NCBI GenBank assembly: GCA_964566035.1
Contig: CAZMHH010000007.1
Coordinates: 4,803-68,802 of the forward strand
DNA length: 64,000 nucleotides
Direction: 5' to 3'
Source of the DNA: an uncultured Thermodesulfobacteriota bacterium
GTDB lineage: Bacteria > Desulfobacterota > WTBG01 > CAIYCZ01 > CAIRTM01
In this document: piece by piece, positions 52,350 through 61,678 of the stretch
How positions within the stretch are numbered: position 1 is the stretch's first letter
How the letters are laid out: each line of letters opens with the position of its first letter
The notes under the pieces: model-generated
What the model saw: the letters and a program-made list of their open reading frames with translations, nothing else
What the model was told of the DNA's origin: nothing
Databases searched by the model: none
Program-made: the position numbers and the translations under genes

Positions 52350-53486
52350 ATGAATGTACAGAACACGTTATTTAAACAACAAAGCATCGGAATTGTAAAA
52401 ACAGACTATGCTGATTTTGATGAACTTCTGCTTGAGAGCGGGGAGATGATTGCACCGTTCAAGATCGCTTATGAGATGTACGGCAAACTGAACCCTTCAA
52501 AATCAAATGCAGTGCTGGTCTGCCATGCACTTTCCGGGGATGCCCATGCAGCGGGTTTTCATGAATCACAGAACAAACCCGGCTGGTGGGACAGTATGAT
52601 CGGACAGGGCAGAGCCTTTGACACGGACAGATATTTTGTTATCTGCTCAAATGTACTTGGAGGCTGTTCCGGAAGCACGGGTCCGTCTTCGACTAACCCT
52701 GCAACCGGTCTTGCTTATGGCATTGATTTTCCTGTTATAACAATTGGAGATATGGTTTCAGCACAAAAAAAACTGACCGAATACCTTGGTATTGAAAAGC
52801 TTCTGGCGGTTGCCGGCGGGTCAATGGGCGGGATGCAGGCGCTTGAGTGGCTGATTAAATATCCTGACAATACCGGCGGGGCGGTTCTGATTTCAACTTC
52901 ATCAAAACATTCCCCTCAGCAGATTGCCTTTAATGAGGTGGGAAGACAGGCAATAATGGCAGACCCTTCCTGGCAAAACGGAAGCTATTATGGCAGTGAT
53001 TATCCGGGAAGAGGGCTTGCTGTGGCGAGAATGATAGGACATATTACATTTATGAGCGATGCGTCGATGATGAAAAAATTCGGCAGACAGAAGAAGCTTG
53101 AAAAAGAGCCATTTAAATTCAATCCGGACTTTGAGGTGGAGGGCTATCTGCAGTACCGGGGAAACAGCTTTGTTAAACGGTTTGATGCCAACAGCTATCT
53201 CTATATCACAAAGGCGATGGACTACTATGACGCTTCAAGAGGAAAACAGCTTTTTGAGGTCTTGATGGGCATTCAATCCCAGGCGCTTGTGATTGCTTTT
53301 AAGTCGGACTGGCTATATCCTGAATACCAGTCTCAGGAGATTATAAAAGCCTGCAAGCTTGCAGGGGTTGCTTCATCCTACTGTGTAATTGAATCAAATT
53401 ACGGACACGATGCATTCCTTCTGGAGACTGTTGAACAGTCGCATCTGATCCGCCATTTTTTGAAGAGAGTGGGGAGTAGCTGTTAA
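52350..53486 (+). CDS. metX: homoserine O-acetyltransferase
   Basis: alpha/beta-hydrolase fold with 'LVCHALSGDAHAAG' and nucleophile 'GGSMGGMQA', typical of MetX. Confidence 0.9.
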   Translation: MNVQNTLFKQQSIGIVKTDYADFDELLLESGEMIAPFKIAYEMYGKLNPSKSNAVLVCHALSGDAHAAGFHESQNKPGWWDSMIGQGRAFDTDRYFVICSNVLGGCSGSTGPSSTNPATGLAYGIDFPVITIGDMVSAQKKLTEYLGIEKLLAVAGGSMGGMQALEWLIKYPDNTGGAVLISTSSKHSPQQIAFNEVGRQAIMADPSWQNGSYYGSDYPGRGLAVARMIGHITFMSDASMMKKFGRQKKLEKEPFKFNPDFEVEGYLQYRGNSFVKRFDANSYLYITKAMDYYDASRGKQLFEVLMGIQSQALVIAFKSDWLYPEYQSQEIIKACKLAGVASSYCVIESNYGHDAFLLETVEQSHLIRHFLKRVGSSC

Positions 53487-53720
53487 GCTGATAAGCAAAG
53501 GTATAAAAGCTACGAGCTGAATTGCTTTTACTTGCTTGCCCTGTGAAATATACGAAGTATGAGCGAAGCGAATTTCACTGGGGTATCTTGCAACTTGAAG
53601 CTTGTATCTGTATATTCGTGTTCGTAGGCGTTATCGTAATCGTAATCGAAAGAGCCGATTTCAGGTTTCAGGAAAAACATAAAAGCAGGTGTTGGCTTTC
53701 AGGTTTCAGGAAAAGGGATG

Positions 53721-53846
53721 ACGATTACGAGCACGAAAAACGGGTGGCAAAACAGTTTCAAGATTCAAGCTGCAGGTGGAAAGCAAAAGGATATTCTGAC
53801 TTCTGTGTTTTGTCCGGGAGCGCCGCACCCCAGTGCGGCAAGTTAT
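53721..53846. repeat. ~125 bp intergenic repeat, copy A, with terminal GC hairpin (gccgcac-N4-gtgcggc)
   Basis: Near-identical to 56504-56631. Sits inside a 380-bp insertion-like spacer between metX and metW. Confidence 0.7.
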
Positions 53847-53868
53847 TTACTCATTTACCCTTTAACTT

Positions 53869-54456
53869 ATGCAACGAATTGATCACAAAATAATATTTGA
53901 TATCGTGGTGCCGGGTGCTTCGGTGCTGGATCTGGGATGCGGAGACGGAGAATTGCTCTACTCTCTTACAAAAGATAAAAATGTAAAAGCCCAGGGTATT
54001 GAGATAGACAGCAGGGCTGTTTTAAAGTGTTCAGAAAAAGGAATCGGTGTATATCACAGCAATATTGATGAAGGTCTTTCTGATTATACAGACAGCCGTT
54101 TTGACTATGTCATACTGAATCAGTCCATGCAGCAGGTGATAAAGCCTGAGTATGTGCTGAGCGAGGCGCTCAGGGTCGGGGTCAGGGTAATAGTGGGGTT
54201 TCCAAATTTTGCTTTTTATAGGGCAAGATTTCAGTTGGGTATTATGGGCAGAACGCCTGTCACGCCATCTCTTCCGTTTCACTGGTATGATACCCCGAAC
54301 CTTCATTTTCTGACCATTGCCGATTTTGTCTGGTACTGTAAGGAAAAGAATATTAGAATTGAAAAGGCTTTCGCAACAGGCAAAAAAAGGATAATTAAAA
54401 TTCTGCCCAATCTATTCGGGCGAAGCGCAATATTTATGATTAGAAGGAAGTTATGA
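53869..54456 (+). CDS. metW: methionine biosynthesis protein MetW
   Basis: 'VLDLGCGDGELL' SAM-MTase-like motif and overall MetW collinearity. Normal partner of metX. Confidence 0.8.
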   Translation: MQRIDHKIIFDIVVPGASVLDLGCGDGELLYSLTKDKNVKAQGIEIDSRAVLKCSEKGIGVYHSNIDEGLSDYTDSRFDYVILNQSMQQVIKPEYVLSEALRVGVRVIVGFPNFAFYRARFQLGIMGRTPVTPSLPFHWYDTPNLHFLTIADFVWYCKEKNIRIEKAFATGKKRIIKILPNLFGRSAIFMIRRKL

Positions 54457-55520
54457 CACAAAAGGTACTGGCTGCAATGAGCGGAGGGGTTGACTCCTCT
54501 GTCAGCGCACTTCTTCTAAAAGAGAAAGGGTTTAATGTCGAGGGGGTTACCATGTGCTTTGGTCTGAAAGACCAAAACCTGGATGGTAAAAAATGCTGTG
54601 ATGCCTCTTCAATTACAGATGCACAAAAGTGCTGCAAGGTTCTTGGTATAAGACATTTTGTGCTTGATTTTGCAGATGAGCTTGAGAACCATGTCATCAG
54701 AAACTTTATCTCTGAATATGAAAGGGGCAGAACCCCCAACCCTTGTGTTGAGTGCAACAGAGCAATAAAATTCGGGGCTCTTCTGAAAAAAGCCTCTTCT
54801 TTGGGTTTTGATTATCTTGCAACAGGACATTATGCTCAGCTTGAACTCTACAATAACTCTTTAACCTTAAAAAAACATAAAGATGCAAAAAAGGATCAGG
54901 TATATTTTTTATATGCGGTAGATAAAGACTGTTTCAGAAAAACTCTCTTCCCCCTTGCCGGATATACCAAGACGCAGGTCAGGCAGCTTGCAAAAGAGGC
55001 AAATCTGCCGGTTCAGAAAAAACCGGAAAGTCAGGATATCTGTTTTATAAAGGGCAGAGATTACGGGCAGTTTCTATCCTCACGCATTGGAGGCAGAATC
55101 AAACCGGGAGAGATTATTGACCTGAAAGGAAAGGTGCTTGGAAGACACAACGGTGTCTGTTTTTATACAATTGGCCAGAGGTACGGGCTTGGAATCAGTT
55201 CACCGCACCCTCTTTATGTTATACGTATTGATGACCAAAATAACAGACTTATTGTAGGCGGCAGAAAGCATTTAAAGTCCGGCGGATTAAAGGCTGACAG
55301 TATTAATATATTTGTTGACAAACTTCCTGAAAGCGTTTATGCAAAGATAAGATATGCCCACAGACCGCAGCCTTGCAGGGCTTTTGTTTCTGATGATATG
55401 TTGAATGTATGTTTTGATGAACCCCAGGAGGCGGTAACTCCGGGACAGTCTGTTGTGTTGTATGATGGTGATTATCTGCTTGGCGGTGGGGTTATAAAGG
55501 AGGTTTTGCCTTATGAGTAA
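54453..55520 (+). CDS. mnmA: tRNA 2-thiouridine(34) synthase
   Basis: PP-loop 'AAMSGGVDSSV', catalytic Cys region and C-terminal barrel typical of MnmA. Confidence 0.9.
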   Translation: MTQKVLAAMSGGVDSSVSALLLKEKGFNVEGVTMCFGLKDQNLDGKKCCDASSITDAQKCCKVLGIRHFVLDFADELENHVIRNFISEYERGRTPNPCVECNRAIKFGALLKKASSLGFDYLATGHYAQLELYNNSLTLKKHKDAKKDQVYFLYAVDKDCFRKTLFPLAGYTKTQVRQLAKEANLPVQKKPESQDICFIKGRDYGQFLSSRIGGRIKPGEIIDLKGKVLGRHNGVCFYTIGQRYGLGISSPHPLYVIRIDDQNNRLIVGGRKHLKSGGLKADSINIFVDKLPESVYAKIRYAHRPQPCRAFVSDDMLNVCFDEPQEAVTPGQSVVLYDGDYLLGGGVIKEVLPYE

Positions 55521-56442
55521 TAAAATGTATAAAGAGATTGCAGCTTTCATGAAAATGCCGCTTTTAGAGCTTGTTCAAAAGGCGGATACCGTTCGTCGTG
55601 ACAGGGGTTTTGAGAAGATGGATATCTGCACAATCTTCAACGCAAAATCGGGAAAATGCACCGAGGACTGCAAATTCTGCGCTCAGTCTTCCTACCACAA
55701 AACAGATATTTCACGCTATCCTTTGAAAAGTGTGGAAGAGATATTTAAAGCAGCTTTTGAAGCATATCAAAACGGCGCTCAGAGTTTCGGTATTGTCTGC
55801 AGCGGCAACAAACCGACGGAGAAAGAGTTCGGCGTGATTTGTGATGCAACAGAAAAAATCAGCCGAGAGATCGGAATTAAGGTCTGTGCCTCACTTGGTG
55901 CAATATCACGGGAAGAACTTAAACAGTTAAAGCAGTCAGGACTTTCAAAATATCATCACAACATTGAAACCTCCCCAAGGTTTTATCCGGAGATAGTCAC
56001 CACCCACAGCTTTGATGAAAGACTGCGCACAATCAATGCAGCTAGTAAAGCAGGGCTTGATGTGTGCTGCGGTGTTTTAATCGGAATGGGTGAGACAATG
56101 GATGACAGGATTGAGATGGCTCTCATCCTGAAAGAACTGCCTGTTGTTTCGGTTCCTGTAAACATCCTTGTCCCGATAAAGGGCACTCCGCTTGAGAATA
56201 AAGAGGCGCCTTCCTGTGATGAGATCATCAGAACAATTGCCATTTTCAGGATTCTGATTCAGGATAAAAGCATAAAGATTGCAGCAGGAAGAGAGACCGT
56301 ACTGAAGGACTTTCAGTCGCTGGGGTTTATGGCGGGAGCAACAGGAATGCTGATCGGAGGATATCTCACGGTAAAGGGAAGGCAAATTGAAGAAGACAGA
56401 AGGCTGATAAAGGAGATAGAGAGTGTATGGGATAGCTCGTAG
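55513..56442 (+). CDS. bioB: biotin synthase-like radical SAM enzyme
   Basis: 'KSGKCTEDCKFCAQS' CxxxCxxC radical-SAM motif in a BioB-like context. No other bio genes are nearby. Confidence 0.65.
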   Translation: MSNKMYKEIAAFMKMPLLELVQKADTVRRDRGFEKMDICTIFNAKSGKCTEDCKFCAQSSYHKTDISRYPLKSVEEIFKAAFEAYQNGAQSFGIVCSGNKPTEKEFGVICDATEKISREIGIKVCASLGAISREELKQLKQSGLSKYHHNIETSPRFYPEIVTTHSFDERLRTINAASKAGLDVCCGVLIGMGETMDDRIEMALILKELPVVSVPVNILVPIKGTPLENKEAPSCDEIIRTIAIFRILIQDKSIKIAAGRETVLKDFQSLGFMAGATGMLIGGYLTVKGRQIEEDRRLIKEIESVWDSS

Positions 56443-56503
56443 TAAAACATAAAAGCCGTTGAGCTGTTAAGCTGATAAGCAAAAGCGATAATGACAACGA
56501 TAG

Positions 56504-56631
56504 CGATTACGAGCACGACCACGGGTGGCAAAAACAGTTTCAAGATTCAAGCTGCAAGTGGAAAGCAAAAGGATATTCTGACTTCTGTTTTTCTGTCAGG
56601 GAGCGCCGCACCCACAGTGCGGCAAGTTATT
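56504..56631. repeat. ~125 bp intergenic repeat, copy B
   Basis: 'cgattacgagcacga..acgggtggcaaaaacagtttcaagattcaagctgcaagtggaaagcaaaaggatattctgacttctg...gagcgccgcaccc.cagtgcggcaagttatt' matches copy A with only a few substitutions and short indels. Confidence 0.7.
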
Positions 56632-56671
56632 AACACATATACACTCATACACATATACACATTTTGAAAAC

Positions 56672-57490
56672 ATGGGATCAATTGAAAAGAAATACAGTAA
56701 ATTAAAAAGCATACTGTCTGAAATGGAAAGTGTGCTTGTGGCATATTCCGGCGGAACGGACAGCACCTTTTTACTGAAAACAGCCCAGGATGTTCTTGGT
56801 GACAGGGTGATTGCTGCTATAGCAGAATCTCCGACTTTTCCTGCTTCTGAAAAAGACCGTGCCCTTTCAGAAGCAAAAAAGATGAATGTAGAGGTAATTG
56901 TTTTTAAAAGCACCGAGATAAGGAACAAACGGTACCTCCAAAACAAGCCCGACAGATGTTACTGGTGCAAAAAAGAGCTCTTTACAGGGTTTAAAAAGGA
57001 AGCTCATAAAAAAGGCATATCCTGTATTGTTGAAGGCAGCAACTTTGACGACCGGAAAGATTACAGACCTGGCTTTAAAGCTGTTACTGAGCTTGGTATA
57101 AAAAGCCCTCTTTATGAAGCAAAACTTATAAAGGCTGATATCCGTGAGTTGTCGAGAAAAGCAGGGCTTGATACATGGAACCGTCCGGCATCTGCCTGTC
57201 TTGCATCACGCATACCTTACGGTAAGCCGATTAATGAAAAAACACTTAAACAGATTGACCGTGCTGAACAGTATCTGAAAAAACTTGGGATAAATCAGGT
57301 CAGGGTGCGTCATCATGGCGATACAGCAAGGATTGAGACCTTAAATGAGTTTTTCACATTGCTGTTCAGAGATGATGTAAGAAAAAAAACAATCAGAGCT
57401 TTCAAAAGAATTGGCTATTTATACATCACCGTTGATCTGGAAGGTTATTCTATGGGCAGTCTTAATAAAGTATTGTCAGTTAAGGTGTGA
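56672..57490 (+). CDS. PP-loop ATP pyrophosphatase of the LarE/TIGR00268 family (putative sacrificial sulfur transferase)
   Basis: PP-loop 'VAYSGGTDSTFLL' and 'RPASACLASRIPYG', which matches the LarE reactive-Cys motif. Confidence 0.65.
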   Translation: MGSIEKKYSKLKSILSEMESVLVAYSGGTDSTFLLKTAQDVLGDRVIAAIAESPTFPASEKDRALSEAKKMNVEVIVFKSTEIRNKRYLQNKPDRCYWCKKELFTGFKKEAHKKGISCIVEGSNFDDRKDYRPGFKAVTELGIKSPLYEAKLIKADIRELSRKAGLDTWNRPASACLASRIPYGKPINEKTLKQIDRAEQYLKKLGINQVRVRHHGDTARIETLNEFFTLLFRDDVRKKTIRAFKRIGYLYITVDLEGYSMGSLNKVLSVKV

Positions 57491-57495
57491 ACTGT

Positions 57496-58713
57496 ATGAG
57501 ACCAATTTATCTTGACTATGCAGCCACAACACCAGTACTGCCGGAGGTGCTGGAAGTTGCAAACAGATACTGTCTTGAACAATTCGGTAACCCCTCCTCC
57601 CTGCATGAATTTGGTTTTGAAGCAAAAAAGGCGATAGAACATACACGAAGCACAGTTGCGCGGTTTATTGGAGCATCAGCTTCTGAATCAATAATTTTTA
57701 CCTCATCTGCTACAGAGTCAAACAACCTTGCCATACAGGGACTTGTCTTAAACATTGCAGAAAAACCCGTTCATATCATCACCTCTGAAACAGAGCATAG
57801 TTCAGTCTATAATGTATGCACATTTTTACAGGGTTTGGGGCATGATGTTACTTTTCTGCCGGTTGATTCATACGGCAGGGTAAGTCCAAAAGCACTTAAT
57901 AAAAACATAAAGCCTGACACAGCGCTAATCTCCATTCATTATGCAAACAGCGAGACAGGTGTAATCCAGGACATTGAAACTATCGGTGAAATTGCTCTCA
58001 AAAGCAGTATGGTTTTTCATACAGATGCGGTTCAGCCAATCGGCAGGATACAAATAGATGTTTTAAAGAGCAGCATCTCTATGCTGTCATGCTCTGCGCA
58101 CAAACTCTACAGTATCAAAGGAGCAGGGTTTCTGCTTGCTGATATGGCTGATATCAGACTCAGACTTGTTCAAAGAAATATCAGGCTTGAAGCAGATGAT
58201 TCTCTGTTAAAACCCCTGATGTATGGCGGAAGTCAGGAAGAAGGTCTGAGACCCTCAACCGAAAATGTTCCGGCAATTACAGCAATGAGTAAAGCCATTG
58301 AGATTGCAGCGGCAGATATGACGGCTGAAAGCCAGAGACAGAAAGAGCTGCGGGAGTATTTTATCGGTTCTGTCTTAGAGAGGATCCCGGGAACAGACCT
58401 TAACGGTTCAAGGCAGAAGCGTCTTCCAAACAACTGTAATTTATGTTTCAGGGGGGTGAATGCTTATGAGCTGATGCTTCTGCTTGACAGAAGGGGGATT
58501 GCCTGCTCAATCGGTTCAGCCTGCACATCCCATTCAGAGAAACCGTCAAGAGTGTTAACAGCAACGGTACTGACCAGTGAGGAAGCAGCAGGTTCTCTCA
58601 GGTTTATACTTGGAAGGTACACTACACTACAAGATCTGGACTATGCAGTAGAGGAAATTAGAAGATGTGTTGGTAAGCTGAACAAGGTTAGCAGCGTAGC
58701 TCGTAGCTGGTAG
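57496..58713 (+). CDS. cysteine desulfurase (NifS/IscS family)
   Basis: 'IYLDYAATTP' N-terminus, PLP-lysine region 'SCSAHKLYSIKG', catalytic Cys near the C-terminus. Confidence 0.85.
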   Translation: MRPIYLDYAATTPVLPEVLEVANRYCLEQFGNPSSLHEFGFEAKKAIEHTRSTVARFIGASASESIIFTSSATESNNLAIQGLVLNIAEKPVHIITSETEHSSVYNVCTFLQGLGHDVTFLPVDSYGRVSPKALNKNIKPDTALISIHYANSETGVIQDIETIGEIALKSSMVFHTDAVQPIGRIQIDVLKSSISMLSCSAHKLYSIKGAGFLLADMADIRLRLVQRNIRLEADDSLLKPLMYGGSQEEGLRPSTENVPAITAMSKAIEIAAADMTAESQRQKELREYFIGSVLERIPGTDLNGSRQKRLPNNCNLCFRGVNAYELMLLLDRRGIACSIGSACTSHSEKPSRVLTATVLTSEEAAGSLRFILGRYTTLQDLDYAVEEIRRCVGKLNKVSSVARSW

Positions 58714-58859
58714 CAATAAGCAGCTATCAGGTATCAGGTATCGGCTGTCAGCAAAGAGCAGGTATCGGGTATTAGGTGTCAGTTATCAGCAAAACCTTTT
58801 CGTGGTCGTAATCGTAATCGCTTTTGCTTTATAGCACATTGAAAAAAGGATGGAGTATT

Positions 58860-59693
58860 ATGAAGAAATATTCATCATTGACGGAAGAGCAGATAGAGAG
58901 ATATTCAAGACAGATTACCTTAAAAGAGATCGGCGGAAAGGGGATGAAAAAACTGCTCTCCTCAAAGGTTGTGATTGTAGGGGCAGGGGGACTTGGCTGC
59001 CCTGCTGCTCAGATACTTGGCGCAGCAGGAGTTGGCAGGATAAGAATTATTGACGGTGACAGAATCGAAACATCCAATCTCCCCAGACAGTTTCTCCACC
59101 ACTATGATGATATCGGAAAATTTAAAGCAGAAAGTATTAAGGCAAAAATTAATGCCATGAATCCTGATGTGGAGGCAGAGGCAGCAGTTGAGTTTGTCAC
59201 TGTTTCAAATGCGGAAAGGCTTCTTAAAGGGTTTGACTATGTGATTGAAGCAAGCGATAATCAGGCGACCAAGTTTCTGATAAACGATGCCTGCATTCAT
59301 TTTGATATTCCGTTTTCTGTTGCCGGAGTTGTTCAGTTCTATGGACAGGTGCTGTCGGTTAGACCAGGAGAGACCAGGTGCCTGAGATGTCTTTTCAAGG
59401 AGCCTTTTCATGAAGGTGAAGGGATGAACTGTGCAGGAGCAGGTGTCATAGGAACAGTCCCGGCATTTGCTGCCACAATGCAGGCAAATGAGGCAATAAA
59501 GTCAATTCTCGAATTGAAAAGAGGATTTCTTGACCGGTTGTTTGTTTTCTCTCTTCTTGAAAATTCCTATGATTTTCTTGATATTAAAAATTTGCCACTT
59601 TGTCCAGCCTGTTTAAAAAAAAATGAGCCTTTTTATTGCAACTATGACTATGATGCATATATGAATAAAAGATGTGATGTTAAGGGGATTTAG
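58860..59693 (+). CDS. thiF: ThiF/MoeB-family E1-like sulfur-carrier adenylyltransferase
   Basis: 'RYSRQI' start and 'VVIVGAGGLGCPAAQILGAAGVG' nucleotide-binding loop. Two CxxC pairs near the C-terminus. Confidence 0.8.
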   Translation: MKKYSSLTEEQIERYSRQITLKEIGGKGMKKLLSSKVVIVGAGGLGCPAAQILGAAGVGRIRIIDGDRIETSNLPRQFLHHYDDIGKFKAESIKAKINAMNPDVEAEAAVEFVTVSNAERLLKGFDYVIEASDNQATKFLINDACIHFDIPFSVAGVVQFYGQVLSVRPGETRCLRCLFKEPFHEGEGMNCAGAGVIGTVPAFAATMQANEAIKSILELKRGFLDRLFVFSLLENSYDFLDIKNLPLCPACLKKNEPFYCNYDYDAYMNKRCDVKGI

Positions 59694-59714
59694 GTATTTA
59701 TGAAAAGTTCAAAA

Positions 59715-59962
59715 TATGATAATATTAATAATACTGATCTTAATTTCATTGACTTGAAAGGAAAAAATGTCCCCTGAATTTTGTTTATACAAAACTTGCA
59801 TTAGAAGATTTAAAGCAGGGACAGATACTAAAGGTAGCCCTTGATTACCCTCCGGCATTTACAAATGTTCCCAGATCGGTTAAACTTCAGGAACTTGGAG
59901 AGGTGCTGGATGAATCTGAGTCTGAGACCGGTGAAAAAATTATCTGGATAAAGAAAATATAA
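59715..59962 (+). pseudogene. TusA-family sulfurtransferase gene interrupted by a +1/-1 frameshift in an A6 homopolymer (59762-59767)
   Basis: Frame 0 reads 'MINI NNTDLNFIDLKGKNVP*'. The next frame continues '(KK)CPLNFVYTKLALEDLKQGQILKVALDYPPAFTNVPRSVKLQELGEVLDESESETGEKIIWIKKI*'. Inserting one A gives an intact 82-aa TusA with the 'DLKGKKCPLNF' active-site motif. Confidence 0.6.
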
Positions 59963-59976
59963 AGGAATTATATAAC

Positions 59977-60888
59977 ATGCAAAGAAATGACATTATTAAA
60001 GAGATAGAACATTTGAAAAAGAAACACAATGCTGTGATTCTGGCTCATAATTATCAGAGGGACGAGGTTCAGGAACTCGCTGATTTCAGTGGAGATTCAT
60101 TTGCTTTGAGTGTACAGGCAAGCAAAACTAAGGCAGATATGATAGTATTCTGCGGAGTTCATTTTATGGCTGAAACAGCAGCAATTCTGTCTCCGCAGAA
60201 AACAGTTCTTATACCTGACCCTGGAGCAGGATGTCCAATGGCTGATATGATAACAGCGGCGCAACTTAAAGATTTAAAAGCAGAACATCCGGGTGCGAAA
60301 GTTATTGCCTATGTAAACACCTCAGCAGAGGTAAAGGCTGAAACAGATATCTGCTGTACCTCTTCAAATGCTCTTAAGGTGGTGCAGAGTGTGGAGAAGG
60401 AAAGTGAGATTATTTTTGTCCCTGATAAATATCTCGGAACATATATAAGCTCCATAACAGACAGAGAGTTTATACTGTGGAACGGTTTCTGTCCCACTCA
60501 TATTAAAATAACAGAGGATGATATCCTTCTGCTGAAAGAAAAACTGCCGGGCGCAAAAGTTCTTGTCCATCCCGAATGTACACCTGAGGTTACAGGGGTT
60601 GCCGATGAGGTCCTCTCAACAGAGGGTATCTGCCGTTATGCCCGGAGCTCAAACGCTCAAAAATTTATAATAGGAACAGAGATCGGAATTATGTACAGGC
60701 TGAGGAAAGAAAATCCGGGTAAGGAGTTTTTCCCTGCTTCTGAAAAGGCAGTATGCCCGAACATGAAGAAAACAACCCTTGAAAAAGTTCTGTCCTGTTT
60801 AGAGGGTTTGCAAAACCCGGTAAGGGTGCCTGAGGCGATTTCCAGCAAAGCAAGAGAAGCTCTGACGAGGATGATAAGCATTTCCTGA
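59977..60888 (+). CDS. nadA: quinolinate synthase
   Basis: 'AVILAHNYQRDEVQELADFSGDS' and the three-domain NadA architecture with conserved Cys ligands. Confidence 0.9.
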   Translation: MQRNDIIKEIEHLKKKHNAVILAHNYQRDEVQELADFSGDSFALSVQASKTKADMIVFCGVHFMAETAAILSPQKTVLIPDPGAGCPMADMITAAQLKDLKAEHPGAKVIAYVNTSAEVKAETDICCTSSNALKVVQSVEKESEIIFVPDKYLGTYISSITDREFILWNGFCPTHIKITEDDILLLKEKLPGAKVLVHPECTPEVTGVADEVLSTEGICRYARSSNAQKFIIGTEIGIMYRLRKENPGKEFFPASEKAVCPNMKKTTLEKVLSCLEGLQNPVRVPEAISSKAREALTRMISIS

Positions 60889-60900
60889 ACCTCAAAACTT

Positions 60901-61461
60901 ATGAAATATTTTGCAATAACCCCTGATGATTGTTCCATTGACTATTTAGCATCCAAAATTCCTCATCTCAAAGAGAAAGGGGTTTGGGGACTTTATCTGC
61001 GCTCCGGTGACCTTAAAAACCGTGTTGCAGGCGCTGCTAAGATTACAGCAGAAGCAGGTATTATACCTATTGTTTATAATGCTGATTACAGTTGCTGCAG
61101 AGCAGAGCTTGAGAGGTTTAAGGCGGGAGTTCATTTCAAAAGCAGTGAATACAGCAGAAGTCTAAGAGATAGATTCACAGGTTCCTGTATATGCACAGTA
61201 TCTGCCCACAGCACTCAAGAGGCAGAAAGGCTTTTAACAGAAAAGGTGGATTATGTCTTTCTGTCTCCTGTATTTAAACCGTTTTCAAAGAATCAGGCAA
61301 GCCCGAGACTTCTGCCTCTTAATGACATAAAAATGCTGGTAGCTGTTTATTCAGAGAAAGTGGTGCTGCTTGGCGGAATGACCATTCAGAGGATAGGGAT
61401 GATAAGGAAAGATATCAAGGATGATTTTTCAGTTGCAGGTATAACCATGTTTTTTGAATGA
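60901..61461 (+). CDS. thiamine-phosphate synthase-like protein (ThiE/TenI family, divergent)
   Basis: 'VDYVFLSPVFKPFSK' against the ThiE 'DY.g.gP.F.T.TK' motif. C-terminal 'VVLLGGM' against 'VAIGGI'. Confidence 0.55.
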   Translation: MKYFAITPDDCSIDYLASKIPHLKEKGVWGLYLRSGDLKNRVAGAAKITAEAGIIPIVYNADYSCCRAELERFKAGVHFKSSEYSRSLRDRFTGSCICTVSAHSTQEAERLLTEKVDYVFLSPVFKPFSKNQASPRLLPLNDIKMLVAVYSEKVVLLGGMTIQRIGMIRKDIKDDFSVAGITMFFE

Positions 61462-61473
61462 TTGTGAGGAAGT

Positions 61474-61677
61474 ATGTTTTTAAAAGTAAATGGAGAAAAA
61501 AAGGAAGTAGGCAGCAGCGTGAAAAACCTTGCTCAGCTTATTGCAGAGCTGGGGATAAAGAATCGTTTTGTTGCTGTTGAGCTTAACGGTGAAATAGTCC
61601 AGTCTGATAAATTTGAAACAACACCTGTGGCAGAAAATGACAGGGTGGAGGTTGTAACTTTTGTAGGAGGAGGATGA
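61474..61677 (+). CDS. thiS: sulfur carrier protein ThiS
   Basis: 67 aa ubiquitin-like protein ending in GG, immediately upstream of thiG. Confidence 0.75.
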   Translation: MFLKVNGEKKEVGSSVKNLAQLIAELGIKNRFVAVELNGEIVQSDKFETTPVAENDRVEVVTFVGGG

Positions 61678-61678
61678 T

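Noticed and set aside
53522-53893. 123-aa ORF in the track between metX and metW
   Set aside because: It spans the intergenic repeat element. It is Cys/Phe-rich and low-complexity with no ribosome-binding site. It is almost certainly a spurious reading frame across repeat DNA.
59880-59960. TPP-riboswitch-like motifs ('ggtgctgg', 'ctgaga', 'atctggataa') upstream of nadA in the thiamine cluster
   Set aside because: The segment translates cleanly as the C-terminus of a TusA-family protein ('...LQELGEVLDESESETGEKIIWIKKI*'). The riboswitch-like words are coincidental coding sequence.}
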